NCBI GenBank assembly: GCA_003427395.1 | Contig: BFEA01000001.1 | Coordinates: 12,007,725-12,066,736, forward strand | DNA length: 59,012 nucleotides | DNA from: Chara braunii | Lineage: Eukaryota > Plantae > Charophyceae | Direction: 5' to 3' | In this document: positions 36,488 to 49,191 of the stretch, one piece after another | How the letters are laid out: the number at the start of each line of letters is the position of its first letter | Numbering within the stretch: the stretch's first letter is position 1 | The notes under the pieces: generated by a model | What the model was told of the DNA's origin: nothing | Databases searched by the model: none | What the model saw: only the letters and a program-made list of their open reading frames with translations | Position numbers and translations under genes: made by a program

Positions 36488-37135
36488 AGAGGAGGAAGAG
36501 GAGGTCTTGGTGCTGATTTCTAAACGCAGAAGGTCAGTACAAATGTTCACGACTGTAGGAGGTCCTTTATGGTCGGAGTGGATTACTTACATGGTTTGGA
36601 TACCTTTTCAGTGCCAGCATCTGTGGTTTGTGGTCTCCGGCACTTGTCTTGATACAAACGGATGGCACTCTGCTCCATCAGGTGGTTGGTATCCCTATGG
36701 GCACTAACGACATACCAGAAATTGCTAATCTCACACTATTGGGATGAGGCACAGTTTATAAACAAACTTCATCAATGAGATCTACGTGCAGGGGAAGAGG
36801 AGAAAGAGGAGGCCTTGGCGCTGATTCCTGAACGCAGTAGGTGAGTACACATGTACATGACTGTTGGAGGTCCTCAATGCTGGGAGTGGGTTACTTCACA
36901 TGGCTCGGACACCCTTTCAATGCCAGAAATAGAACAGCATCTGTGGTTTGTGGTCTCTAACACTTATCTTTATACATCGAATGGCACTCTGCGCCATCAG
37001 GTGGTTGGTATCCTTATGGGCACTAACGCCGTACCTGAAATTGCCAATCTCACATTCTATGGGGAGGAAGCACAGTTCATAAACGAACTTCATCAACAAG
37101 ATCTACGTGCCAGGCAAGCGTATGCATTCACATTA
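36488..37135 (+). pseudogene. Penelope-like element reverse transcriptase fragment, tandemly duplicated
   Basis: Copy 2 reads FVVSNTYLYTSNGTLRHQVVGILMGTNAVPEIANLTFYGEEAQFI...AYAFT and copy 1 keeps QVVGIPMGTN. This is the PLE/telomerase-type Q..GIPMG...P..ANL motif; the sequence breaks off before the YxDD motif. Confidence 0.8.
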
Positions 37136-38230
37136 AAAAAAGAAGAGACTTTTAGCCTAGTTGGCCAAGGGGGTAATGCTGGGCGCCGACATTTTTTGTT
37201 TTTCTCGACTTCGGGCATTTGGACTTTCACATCTGTGGCCGTTATTGCCCGAAACGATGGTTTTTGGTGAAATATGTCTGGGCCTAGCTGATCAGCACGC
37301 AGCGGTTTTGGAAAATAGTTTGCCGCAGCCGTCGATCGATTGTTGGAACAGACCTGCATTTGACTACGGGAGGAACAACATGAATTCAATGATTCATTCT
37401 GATGTTCCATTGCCTTTGCCCTTTCCGAAGGGAAAACAAAAAACCTGCCAGACGCGTCGGCACTGTGTCAGTTCGCTTCGCTTTTTGTGGAAGGCCTTCG
37501 TCAGTTTCTCCATTTACTCTGTGCTCTCTTTAGACAGATGTTTTTTGTGGAAAGTGCACTTCAGTTTTTTTCTGTGGTGAGTGCAGACCTTGCTCGGCAT
37601 GAGGCCGCTTGTAGAAGCAAGCCTTGAAATTGGGCCTAGTCCAGTTGGTCCAGCCAACTGGCAAATTGCAAACGTGAGTTCGAATCCAACTGAATGCAGA
37701 CCTGAGTTCGAATCTGAATGGAACTCCACGGCGGGCGTGCCCATTTTCTATTTGGGCCTTGCTCCACCACTCACCAAATCTGCGACATGAGAATGAATCT
37801 TCTGGTCGAACATGGAAAGGTACACCGCTGTAATTTTTGCCTTTTGTGCATGTGGTGAGTGGCAGAGCAAGAAGCTCTTTCCCACTCATCAAATCTATGA
37901 AATGAGAATGAATCTTCTGGTCGAACATGGAAAGGTACACCGCCGGAATTTTTGCCTTTTGTGCGTGTGGTGAGTGGTAGTGCAAGGCCCTTTTTCCCGT
38001 CCATGGCGCGGCGACAGTTTTCAGCCAACCGGCCTATCTCAGCAGGTGTGCGATTATGATAAGTCGAGGCCATCGTAGGCTAGTACTTCAAAGTTCAAAA
38101 CGAATTAGCGATGCACGGTTCTGCAACATGCCCATTAGTATGACATCTGACCTGCTGTGATAGCCTTCGCATTTGCCTTCACACTTGTCGTTGATGACTT
38201 ATGAACGTCGTCAGCCACAACTGTTGTGTG

Positions 38231-38319
<89 letters not shown>

Positions 38320-38320
38320 N

Positions 38321-38402
<82 letters not shown>

Positions 38403-38504
38403 CATCGGTCGGTTGCCTCCACGCTTCGTGCATCACTGACATATTTGCTTTTGCGAGCGAAGCGGCAACAGGTCATCTAGTATGATTGTGATTATTCATC
38501 TAGT

Positions 38505-38695
38505 ATGATCTATCACATGCGTCCGAGGGAATTGAAAAAGTTGAAGAAGTGATTTCAGGAACTTAAAGAAAAGGGATGGATTACAACTGGCTCCTCTGCC
38601 TACGGCACCCCTGTACGCTCCGTGCCAAAGAAGGAAGGTAAGCTCAGACTTTGCATCGACCATTGAGGATTGTATTCCTTAACTGTAAACAATTG
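38505..38695 (+). pseudogene. Gypsy RT N-terminal fragment
   Basis: IYHMRPRELKKLKK*FQELKEKGWITTGSSAYGTPVRSVPKKEGKLRLCIDH*GL. Confidence 0.85.
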
Positions 38696-39517
38696 CAGGA
38701 ACTTACAGAAAAGGGATGGATCCATTGTGTTCCATTTTGCTTGCTATGGAAATAAACCTGTTTCATTGGTGGATTGACTCATCTTAAGTGTGCTTCATTG
38801 TCTGCAAAACAGATGTAAAGCTGGTTTGATTTTGGATCTACTTATCCGGGTGGAACAGGGGCTGTGGTCGTGAAAATTTAAAACACACACACGTGAATGC
38901 CCATGTTTGGCTCCAGCCGATGGTGTTGAAAAAGGGCTTGCTCAATAAATGGTTGTACTGTTGTACATGATGCCGTTGTTCCTCAAATGTTGGGAAAAAA
39001 GGGGTAGTGCAAGTATGGCCGAACTCCGGTTGCTTTTAGGTTATTAGTACCATTCACACATTCTATGTTGCATGTTTTGTCAGGCACAAATGCTGATCAT
39101 CGTATGACTATCACAGATGTCACAGTCAATGGTGATGTCAAACACTCATGGTGTAGTTGTACAACTGTCACACACATTCCTATCCTCGTCAGTCGCCGCA
39201 TAAATTCTAATCATTATGTCATTGGCACTCCAGACTTTGTCACAGGTGTTCTCATTGTCATGTTTTGCCATATGTTTGCATGGATTCTTGCACTTGTATT
39301 TTTGTCACACACAGATGCTTGTCTTTGCTGAAGCAGAAGAATTGGAAGCGGTATGAGCACCAGCAGCAGTGATGGTGGATGTGACGGACAATGGCAACAG
39401 TAGTGGCAACAGCCGCAGCAGCACCAGAAAAAGAAGGGTCTGAGAGAAGTTGTTTGTGGGAGACCACTTTTTTTCGGAACCTATGCCTGACCTTGTGGGT
39501 TTTGTAACTTGTTGCAG

Positions 39518-39721
39518 GTTGGTGTTCTGAGGGAGAAAGTGGTCGAGCTGCAGACACAAATATTTTCAGCGGCGGATTCTTCTGGGGCCAGGTACAACGT
39601 TGAAATGATTGAAAGTGTGGGTAGGGAATTGCAGGAGAGGCTTCTTCAATTGGAAAGGGAGAACCAGGAGCTGAAGCAAAGCTGTGGTGAACTTGCCAAG
39701 CTAGCGACACTACAGAAGAAG
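39518..39721 (+). CDS. Host coiled-coil protein, predicted exon 4 (68 aa)
   Basis: Acceptor TTGTTGCAG, donor AAG|GTATGT, phase 0/0; VGVLREKVVELQTQ...RELQERLLQLERENQELKQSC shows heptads. Confidence 0.85.
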
Positions 39722-39757
39722 GTATGTTGCGAGGTTCTCAAATCTTCACATCTTTAA

Positions 39758-40952
39758 ACCACCAGTACTTCGCTCAGCTATTGATGCGGAGCCTGAAATC
39801 GACCTATGCGCCGTTTTTTTCCGAGCCTGTAGTGGGGGGAAATCGATTTGGAACATTTGTGGGCTGGCACTGGTACCGCCCCTTATTCTGGACCTGCTGC
39901 CAGCAGGAGGAACGAAACGGGCTGTAGCTCACTAGTTTTCACTAGTGCAGGCGTGAGACTGCCTGATGTTGATTGGTGACAGGACTTCAATGCCCCCTGT
40001 TTCTCACGGGGAGTCAATCAGATACTGCCGAGATTCTTTTTTTTTATTTATTGCAACAACGGAAATGGGACAAAATGGCATTCTAGGCGACGGCCTTCAG
40101 TTTCATGAGCACATGGCAAAGATTCAGGGAGGATACATTCTCGAGAGAGTTCTTTCTTGAGTCACATGAGATACAGCTGAGGTATTTTTACTTTAGTTGC
40201 AAGAAGAAAAAAAGAACAGCAGAAAAGGTTGATTGCACGTCCTCCTTCCTATTCATGAGTATCTGCCCACAACTGAGGGAGAATGCATTCTCGGGGTAGT
40301 GCTTCCCTTTGGGGCACGCGAGATACAGCCCAGATTCTTCTTTTTTTCCCTTTCTTTTGCAGCAAAAACAAAACAAAAACGGGAAAAGATGGTGTGCAAC
40401 GTGAGTGCCTTCAGATTCATGACAGGAACTTGAATGCTCCCACAATTGAGGGAGGATACATTCATTTTGGGAAAGTGCCTAAAACATTCATTTTGTGGCA
40501 GGCACTTGGATGCTCCCCGTTTCTCACGGGGAGTCAGCCGAGAAACTGCCAGGATTCTCTCTTCCGTGGAAAAAAAGAAAAGGAAAGCAATGCAAATGTC
40601 ATTGGCTTTAGGGTGAAAAACTGCATCCAGATACATATGTCGAAGTGCTATCATGAAAATGCTGTGCCAAGTTGCCAACAGTACTTTTCCTTTTTTTTTT
40701 TTTTTGTCCTTTCCCATTTCACGTCCTTGCAAGTTTCTTTCTCTTTTTTCTTTTATGGCATTGCACACAGCGACCTGCATGTTTCTACATGCACGGAAAT
40801 CCAAGAGGACATACTGGAGTCCATTGGGCAGTTCTCCCTGGGCCCGCCACCTTCCTCCCCCATAGTGTTTCCAGCCCTCCCCCGAGTCCCTAAGAATGCG
40901 GCGCGTTAACGTGGAAGGCCCGCGGCCGATGTATGGCCCAAGTACTCGTGGT
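39758..40952. mobile_element. 1.2-kb non-autonomous DNA transposon, ACCACCAGTACT-TIR family
   Basis: TTAA|ACCACCAGTACTT ... AAGTACTCGTGGT|TTAA. The reverse complement of its right subterminal region (GTACTTGGGCCA...ATCGGCCGCGGG) matches the left end of the 21058 MITE. Confidence 0.88.
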
Positions 40953-41395
40953 TTAACTTTTCTTATTCAGTTTTAGCCCTGCGATTTTCACGGAGGCACA
41001 ATGAGTCTAGGCTTTCTCAGTTAGTTCATGGAGGAAGTATGGAACTGATAAATCTTTCTGGCACCTAACCGGCCTGTATTCCAGATGACCAACAGGCTGA
41101 ATTAACTATCAAAATGTGCACTTAATTCTTTGAGTACTCTAGCGTTTAGCATTGTTTATCAAATTGGCTTGGGGAGGGGGGTGGAATGGTGGAAGTGGGG
41201 TACATGGGGGAAACTTTGTTCTCATAACAAACGACACCGTTCTAGGTCCTGCTTCTGCTAACATGGCGAGCAGCACCAGTCTTCACTGTCCACACTCAAC
41301 GAGTCATAGGTTCCTTAAACACAGCACTGTGGTGGAGTCTTGGCCAATGCGTAGATGGATCTGTGCAGAGGCAAGCAGGTAGGTAAATATACTTT

Positions 41396-41448
<53 letters not shown>

Positions 41449-41449
41449 N

Positions 41450-41516
<67 letters not shown>

Positions 41517-41572
41517 GGCATGCTGGGAGATGTGTGATTCTTGTGACCAGTTTGAGTGATACGTCTTAACAG

Positions 41573-42613
41573 GTTGAAGAGCTGGAGAGACAGCGGGAGA
41601 ACTTGGAAGCTGAGCTCAGTGCTGCCAGTCTGAGAACACACCATAACTCGGAGAGTGGATTCTGTGGTGATGTTAAGGAGGTTTCAATGTCTGAAACTCG
41701 AGAAGTAGAGCAGAGGAGGCGGGGAGAAATAAGGGAGGCACCACGATTTCTATTGGGCAATGATGCTCCGAGTATATATATCACAGCGGGTTTGGATTCT
41801 GGTGTGGGGATGTGGGAAGGCAACGAAGTAGCGTTATTGAATCGTGAGGACCGCCCCTTTGCCGGAGACGAGGTTGGTGAGGTTGGAGTTAGGGAGATTG
41901 CTGTGGTGGACGATGGTTGGGAGAAGGACTGGGCAGCACTTGAGGAAGCGACTTCTGATTTGAAGAGGGTTCAAGAGGAACTGGGATCGTATAAGGCAGA
42001 GCTGGAGGGGATCAGGGATGGTAAAGAGCAATGTTTCAGCCTTGACAGCACGCAGGGCCTCTATTTTGCAAATGGTTTGAAAGTTGAGACCAGCATTATT
42101 GATGCAGAGTTAGAACAGGCAAGAGTAAAGCTGGAACAGGAGAGAGGGGACAAGCTGAAGATCCAAGAAAATTTCCTTCGAGCAGAGATTCAAGTGGAGC
42201 AGTACAAGATGCAGGCGAAACAAGCTCGTGTGGAAGCCCTCAGCCTAAGGCAGCAGCTTGTTATTGTGAGGGCTGAGGTGGAAGATTACAAGACACAGAT
42301 GGAAATCGTGCAGTCTGAACTCCTTGCAGTCAGGAGAGAGAATGAGCAAATGATTGATGAACTGTGTAGGAAGGCAGGTGAAGTTGATGACATGCGGGAG
42401 AAGCTGGAGGGAAAACAGAAGGAGTGTGAGGAACTGTGTACAGAGATGGCTGACATGGGCGAAGAAAAAAAACGGTTGTCGCAGAGCAAAAATGATGCAG
42501 AAGCAAAAATTGATGCTTTAAAGAAAACTGTGGAAGAGAAATTGGATAGAGAACGACGACTGCTCGAGGAGCTTGATCGTGCAAAAACTGAATCAGCTGA
42601 GCGGCTTTCTGAG
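41573..42613 (+). CDS. Host coiled-coil protein, predicted exon 5 (347 aa)
   Basis: Acceptor CTTAACAG, donor GAG|GTAACA; 1041 nt stop-free with long E/K/Q/L heptad repeats. Confidence 0.92.
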
Positions 42614-42855
42614 GTAACATTTCCTTGACTTTACCCGAGTTTTTCATGCAGTTCCGCCCTGGTTGTGTGCTCCCGTTTTCAAGTGCTTCTTGAATCACGA
42701 GTTCGTCTGAGTCTCTTTTTCCAGATGCACGATTTTCACAGCCCTTTCAGCCAAACTCTCTGCAGAGTGGGCTGGGGGTCTGTCTTTGAAGTTGAGACAT
42801 TGCATTTTTCAGCATCATGGCTTTCTTGGGGATGCAGTGCAGAAATTGCCTCGTC

Positions 42856-42922
<67 letters not shown>

Positions 42923-43067
42923 NNNNNNNNNNNNNNNNNNNNNNNNNNNNNNNNNNNNNNNNNNNNNNNNNNNNNNNNNNNNNNNNNNNNNNNNNNNNNN
43001 NNNNNNNNNNNNNNNNNNNNNNNNNNNNNNNNNNNNNNNNNNNNNNNNNNNNNNNNNNNNNNNNNNN

Positions 43068-43144
<77 letters not shown>

Positions 43145-43364
43145 GGGGGAGGGGGAAGGGACGAGTGGTGGGTGGGATATGGCATGCACGAGGATATTGT
43201 GGAAAGGCTCTGTGTATTATGGGAATCTATTTATAGCTTTAAAGCTAATTATCACTTGGCCGAAGTTACATTCAGGAATCTACGAAGATTGGAATCACCT
43301 TGGACCTTGGTCTGAAATAGCCAGTGGTATTTCTGATTTTCTTAATGTCTATGAATGCCTTCAG

Positions 43365-43483
43365 GTGAACGATCTTCTGAGAGAAAAAGAGAAGTGGGGA
43401 GATAGGGTCCTTAGTGCAGAGCTGGCTAAAGCGGGCATGGAGAAAGAACTGACTGAGGCAAAAGCAGCCTCTGATGCAGCAAG
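43365..43483 (+). CDS. Host coiled-coil protein, predicted exon 6 (gene continues)
   Basis: Acceptor GCCTTCAG, donor AAG|GTAACC (phase 2); VNDLLREKEKWGDRVLSAELAKAGMEKELTEAKAASDAA. Confidence 0.85.
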
Positions 43484-44221
43484 GTAACCTCCTGTTTCTC
43501 TGGGTTTCATGTTGTTTCATTCCATTCCTTACCTGATGCTTTCCCTTTCTCTCCTTCCTTCTGCCCCTTTACTTCTTTTGTCCCCTTCCCAGCAAAGGCA
43601 GGCCCTGACTCGTTGCATGGAAAGCTCTTGTATGAAGTTGCAAACAGAGAAAGTGCATCGCACATTCCGAAGTCCACCTCGAGTCTGCTTTCCATATTTA
43701 GGTTGCAGTTTGTCCGTGGGTCAAGGTGTTTGCATCTATCTATGAAATATGATTGGGGAGTTGATACGCGATTTGCGTGAGGGTTGAAGGTACCAACTAC
43801 TTTATGTTGATGTTTCTACCAGCTACTCTATTTTCATGTTTTGACCAGCCACTTTATGTTCATACTTCTACCAGCTACTTTATGTTCATGTTTCGACCAT
43901 GTCCTCCTGATTATGGATACACCTCATGTGTGGCCTGGCCATCATTGCTGCTGCTTTTCCCTCTGTTTGCCCATCCTGTTTATGGTGATCACAGCCACAA
44001 TTCCTGTACCACCGATTTCACATTACATGGAGGCCTCAAGACTCCCCTCTGTATGCCCATCCTTTATGGTGAGCACGGCCACAAGTCCTCCGCCACCAGT
44101 TTCACATTGCATGGAGGGCTAGAAATTCTCTTGAGCACTTTAGTTACTCTGAATTCTTGACGAAAGATGGACAGAGGGAAAGAGATCATGCTTGCTTGAG
44201 ATTGGCTCATCTGGTATGGGC

Positions 44222-44719
44222 ATGTGATACCTGAAAGTTCATTCCCCATTGTTCTATACTAATACAGAGGAGGGTTTGAGATTGAGCAGGCGGCTGGATG
44301 TGAAATTTCTCAGTTGATTCTGGGCGCTCGGGCTCCCCGGACTCGACTGGGTGACCTGCCTGGCTGGGCAGTTGGGCAGCCTTCCAGCTATGGCCATGTC
44401 ATACCTGAAAGTTCATTCCCCATTGTTCTATACTAATACAGAGGAGGGTTTGAGTTTGAGCCGCCGGCTGGGTGTGAAAATTCTCAGTTCAATCTTGGCT
44501 CTGAGGCTCCCCGGACTCGACTGTGTGACCTGCCTGGCCGGGCAGTTGGGCAGCCTTCCAGCCATTCTGAGGAATGTGTTGTAACTTTTTGATCCACGGG
44601 GGGGAGGATCCTTTTCGTGGTAGCTAAAATTTGTTATTGGGGATATGGGACTCTGGTTCTGGTTACCTCCAGGTGGTGCTCCCAACCAGTAGATGGAGCC
44701 TCAGCAAAAAAAATAAAAT
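44222..44719 (+). mobile_element. 3' end of a non-LTR retroposon related to 8841-11642, with a ~174-bp tandem duplication
   Basis: ATGGGACTCTGG...CAGGTGGTGCTCCCAACCAGTAGATGGAGC followed by an A-rich tail matches the minus-strand tail of the 2.8-kb element. 5' boundary and TSD not found. Confidence 0.6.
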
Positions 44720-45339
44720 TGAATATACCTTTTTGGTATGGCAGTATTTGAATAAGACGTTTTTCTGGAGCAATGAAAGTGAAGTGTATGCCATGGCGTT
44801 CCCTTGAAATACAATGCCTACCGTTTTCCCCCGAATAGAACGCATGGTCATGGCTGCTGAGGGTGAGAGGAAAACAGTAGGCATTGTATCCAAACTGATG
44901 TTCTAGTTGGAAAAAAATCAACCAAAATCTAAAAGTCGCCCTTTTTTTCCCGAACTCAAAGGGGAAAAGGTATCCGGAGGGTTAGAGGAGCCAAAAGGGT
45001 TTCAGGGATTGTTAAGTGTCTTCGGGGTATTAGGTCGTTTTAGGTCTAGACTCTTGAGGGCCTTTTTCTTTAATTTACTTTTCTCCTTCTTTCTTAAACC
45101 GCCAGTATATGTATGGCCCCAGCCCTGCAATATTTCTTCATCACCTAGCCCAAAAATTTTGGAGGCTCCGGGCTACCATACCGTAATTTCATCAGCCAAA
45201 TAAGAAAAGAAATGCACCGCTGGCAGTTCTGCAAAGCTTGGCACGGAGTGCAGTGCCGCCAGCCCCAGGTGAACTGGTGGCTTAAGAAGGGTGACGGCTT
45301 TGAGATATCATCATCAGCCACTGAGCTAGAATTGTGGTA

Positions 45340-45605
45340 TTTTACTCGTCTGCTGCCAGCGGAGTTGGAATTCAGGTCTGTACTTCAACAGTTCAGGGGT
45401 GTACCAACTGAGCTATACCAGTTTGTCTCGAGGGGTATTTGGTTAGGGCGGCTCCACCTTTGTTGACGCCTTATGGTACCATATGTACCTGTCTCACAGT
45501 CAGGGATCTTAAGGACTTTGTGATGGGCCAAAGCGTACTTCAACCTTTTGAAGCCACACTCGCAGTCAGCTGTCCACTCCGAAGGGGTTTAAGGGTGCAT
45601 TAGAC
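45340..45605 (-). pseudogene. Gypsy pol fragments (RT-RNase H linker)
   Basis: EWTADCECGFKRLKYALAHHKVLKIPD on the minus strand. Confidence 0.7.
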
Positions 45606-47523
45606 CGGTCAAGGGGGTTGCAATCATACTATAGTTCTTCACAAATGGATGATTGTAGCCCGTCAGCCCCGAGAACGATCTGACCTCGGTCACAGACCGA
45701 GGTCGTGGTAATTATACACAAACACTCAACGAGTGCACAGATAGCAGCTAAATTCATAGAGCATAAAATAACAAGTGATACACCATACACAAAAGGCATC
45801 AGCAGAAGCAAGGAGCAGAAGGTGACGACACCATCAGGCAGACATCCAAAGCAAGGAGAAGAGGAAGGAGGTAGGGAAGAGGACGTCAACACCATAGTTC
45901 TCCTGAACGCGACCCTGATAGGTCATAAAAGATAAACAAGAAGAAACAACCTATCAAGCTAGCATCGTGCAAAGATGGTCAGCATTTCCCTGAAGAAACT
46001 GCTGAATCCGTGAAGCATCAGCAAGCTACGAAAAGCGCGACTCTACGCACATTTCGGCCGGTCAACAGCCAGGCCATCATCAGGGGTCAAATCGTCGCGG
46101 TGGAGGAGGCCTAGGACTATGATGACGCCGCTATAAGTAGTCCTACAACCAAGCCTACATCGTAGAGATAACCCCTCAAGGTTCCAATTGTACCAAACCG
46201 CGTCCAAGAGAAAAGTTCCAGGTAACAAACCGTTTCAGAAAATACCTCGAAAAGCTCACCTACAGAAGCAGAAAATACCGGAAGAACAGTCTCGAGTACT
46301 CGTTACCCAAAGCATACAAAAGAAGAACCAAGCACCGAAACAAGAACCAGAACCAGATCCCCAGTTCAAGTCCCGCTAGAAAAAGCAGACTGAAAGAAAG
46401 GAAGAACGATCAAGGATTCAAGTAGCACCCGCGTCAATTCGAGTCCTAGAATAGAAGGGAGGGAGACAGAGAGGCCACGAGATCAAGAGGTACCATCACA
46501 TCACCCTAGAATCCAAGGAATACCAGCAAGAGGTCGTGGCCAGTCTCTAATGCTGGCCACCTTCACATCCTGAGGTCTCAGACCACCCGCGGAAATTTCA
46601 TGACCAAAATACAAGATGAAAGGCATTACACGATGCAGACCCCAAATTCGAACTTCAGGGTCGAAGTCTCAGGCCAAGTCGCTCAGTTCAGAAAGGTCAC
46701 AGTCGGGTACCTTAGGAGTCAAGTCCAGCAGGCACCCGGTGAACAGTCTCATCCCAGAGGCAAAGGTTGCGTTCTATAAGCAAAAGTCACGTCTCGTATT
46801 GAAAAGTCGTATTGAAAAGTCATACCCCACAGGCAAAGGACACTTCTCCAGGCAAAAGTCGTGTCCCAGAGGCAAGAGTTACATCCCAAAGTCAAAAGTC
46901 ATGTTCCATAGGTTAAAAGTCGTGACTCACAGGCCCAAGCAGCAGGACACCAATGAAAATTCGGAAAAGTACCAGGCCTTGAGATTCTGAAGCAAGCAGG
47001 CCGTGGGCATGTGGTACCAGTACCAAGTCAAGCCACAAGAAGCAGAGGCTGGGATGCTCAGGCCAAGTCAATGTAAGGACTGGTTAGCCACATTTGGGAC
47101 AGATTGATCATTCGTGAGAAGTGTGGAAGTGCTGTTGAGGCGCTTGTGCGCTATCTGTGAGTAGCATCCTCGCGAGAGCCCTGCTGGGCAGCGCTGCACG
47201 GAGAGGGAAGGCGGCCATAGCCTCATCAGAGTCAAGATTCTCAAGTAGAGACAGAGGGGGAGAGAAAGCGCATGCATGAGGAAGACCAGAAGGGACAGAG
47301 AGAAGACAGAGAGAGAGACAGAGAAGAGGAAGACAGAGAGGGAGAGAAGAGAGTCACTTACCTTCGATGAGGATGCTGGTATTGGGTTGCTGTATTCTGC
47401 GCTGAGGAGCGCTTGGTGACTGGATCTCCGAAACTGTTTAATGAGATAATTTGTTGGAATTACTAGGCTGCGCATATCTGGACCTTACATCTCTGGACTC
47501 CAGTGTGGTTTTCGTGTGATCTC

Positions 47524-47586
<63 letters not shown>

Positions 47587-47594
47587 TCTAATGG

Positions 47595-48240
47595 TGACGA
47601 GCAGTCAGGCTCAATGCAAAGATCCTGGCGCGCGACTGAAGTCACAGTTCTTCAGATTGATCTTGTACTTGTGCTGCCAAAGGAGACGTAGCACGATGCT
47701 CAAGTGCTGCGTGTGCTCCTCAACAGCCCTACTAGAGATAAGTATATCATCGAGGTGCACTGCGATAAACTTGTCGAAGTAGTCATGAAAGATCCTATTC
47801 ATGGCGTGCTGGAATATACCCGGGCCTTAACGTAGGCCGAAAGGCATCACCACAAGCTCGTACAGATCGTGACGGGTTTGAAATGCAGTTATTTGCTGAT
47901 CCTCACGTCTAATCTGTATTTGGTGGTACCCGGACTTCAGATCTATCTTGTTGAAGTACTTACAGCCCTGCACCTTATCCGAGAGGTCGTCGATGCGAGG
48001 TAGGGGCTCGGCGTTCTTAACAGTAATGGCATTGAGGCCCCTGTAATCAATGCACCTCCTCACCGTACCCTACCTGGGATAATCTTTATTGTGTGGACAA
48101 TCTCCCTATGTACGTCTTCTGATGGCTCTTCTGGGTGGTCTGGATATTGGGTGGTGACTTTCTCTATCTCCGGAGGGTTTTTGCCAGCCTGCCCCTTCTG
48201 GGATATGAAGACCAAGTACATACCCTGCGCTTGGTTCTGC
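47595..48240 (-). pseudogene. Gypsy RT fragment
   Basis: [24 protein letters not shown]...[11 protein letters not shown]...MPFGL, then MNRIFHDYFDKFIAVHLDDILI. Confidence 0.93.
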
Positions 48241-48991
48241 TTATAATAATTATAGAACACGTGTGTTCAAGCAGCCATACGAGTCTTCCACATACTGGGA
48301 ACTAAACTTTCTCAGACAGACTGTCCTCCCCTCAGGCAACTTAGACCACCAGTTCACCTAGACCTATTTTGACGAACCAAAACTTGCAATTTTCCGAGCC
48401 TCGAACTGGTACTGTCTCATGGAAAAATAAACGTGGTACCGGTACCGGCCTTATGTCTGTTCGTCTGGGTGGACTTCAGGTTCNNNNNNNNNNNNNNNNN
48501 NNNNNNNNNNNNNNNNNNNNNNNNNNNNNNNNNNNNNNNNNNNNNNNNNNNNNNNNNNNNNNNNNNNNNNNNNNNNNNNNNNNNNNNNNNNNNNNNNNNN
48601 NNNNNNNNNNNNNNNNNNNNNNNNNNNNNNNNNNNNNNNNNNNNNNNNNNNNNNNNNNNNNNNNNNNNNNNNNNNNNNNNNNNNNNNNNNNNNNNNNNNN
48701 NNNNNNNNNNNNNNNNNNNNNNNNNNNNNNNNNNNNNNNNNNNNNNNNNNNNNNNNNNNNNNNNNNNNNNNNNNNNNNNNNNNNNNNNNNNNNNNNNNNN
48801 NNNNNNNNNNNNNNNNNNNNNNNNNNNNNNNNNNNNNNNNNNNNNNNNNNNNNNNNNNNNNNNNNNNNNNNNNNNNNNNNNNNNNNNNNNNNNNNNNNNN
48901 NNNNNNNNNNNNNNNNNNNNNNNNNNNNNNNNNNNNNNNNNNNNNNNNNNNNNNNNNNNNNNNNNNNNNNNNNNNNNNNNNNNNNNNNNNN

Positions 48992-49058
<67 letters not shown>

Positions 49059-49191
49059 ACAGGATGTGTGTGTGTGTTTTGTATGTGCTTGCTTACTGTG
49101 CACATTGTCGTGGATATTGTGTCCATGGTACGAATGAACATGACAACAAACACCCGCTCCATATGGCATACATACAACCAGTGGTGCACTT

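Noticed and set aside
39330-39445. Possible extra host exon upstream of exon 4
   Set aside because: Candidate frames hit stops and no phase-compatible splice pair was convincing.
45630-47490. Possible solo LTR or retroelement leader
   Set aside because: Looks TE-derived, but no TG/CA ends with TSD or second copy could be established in this window.
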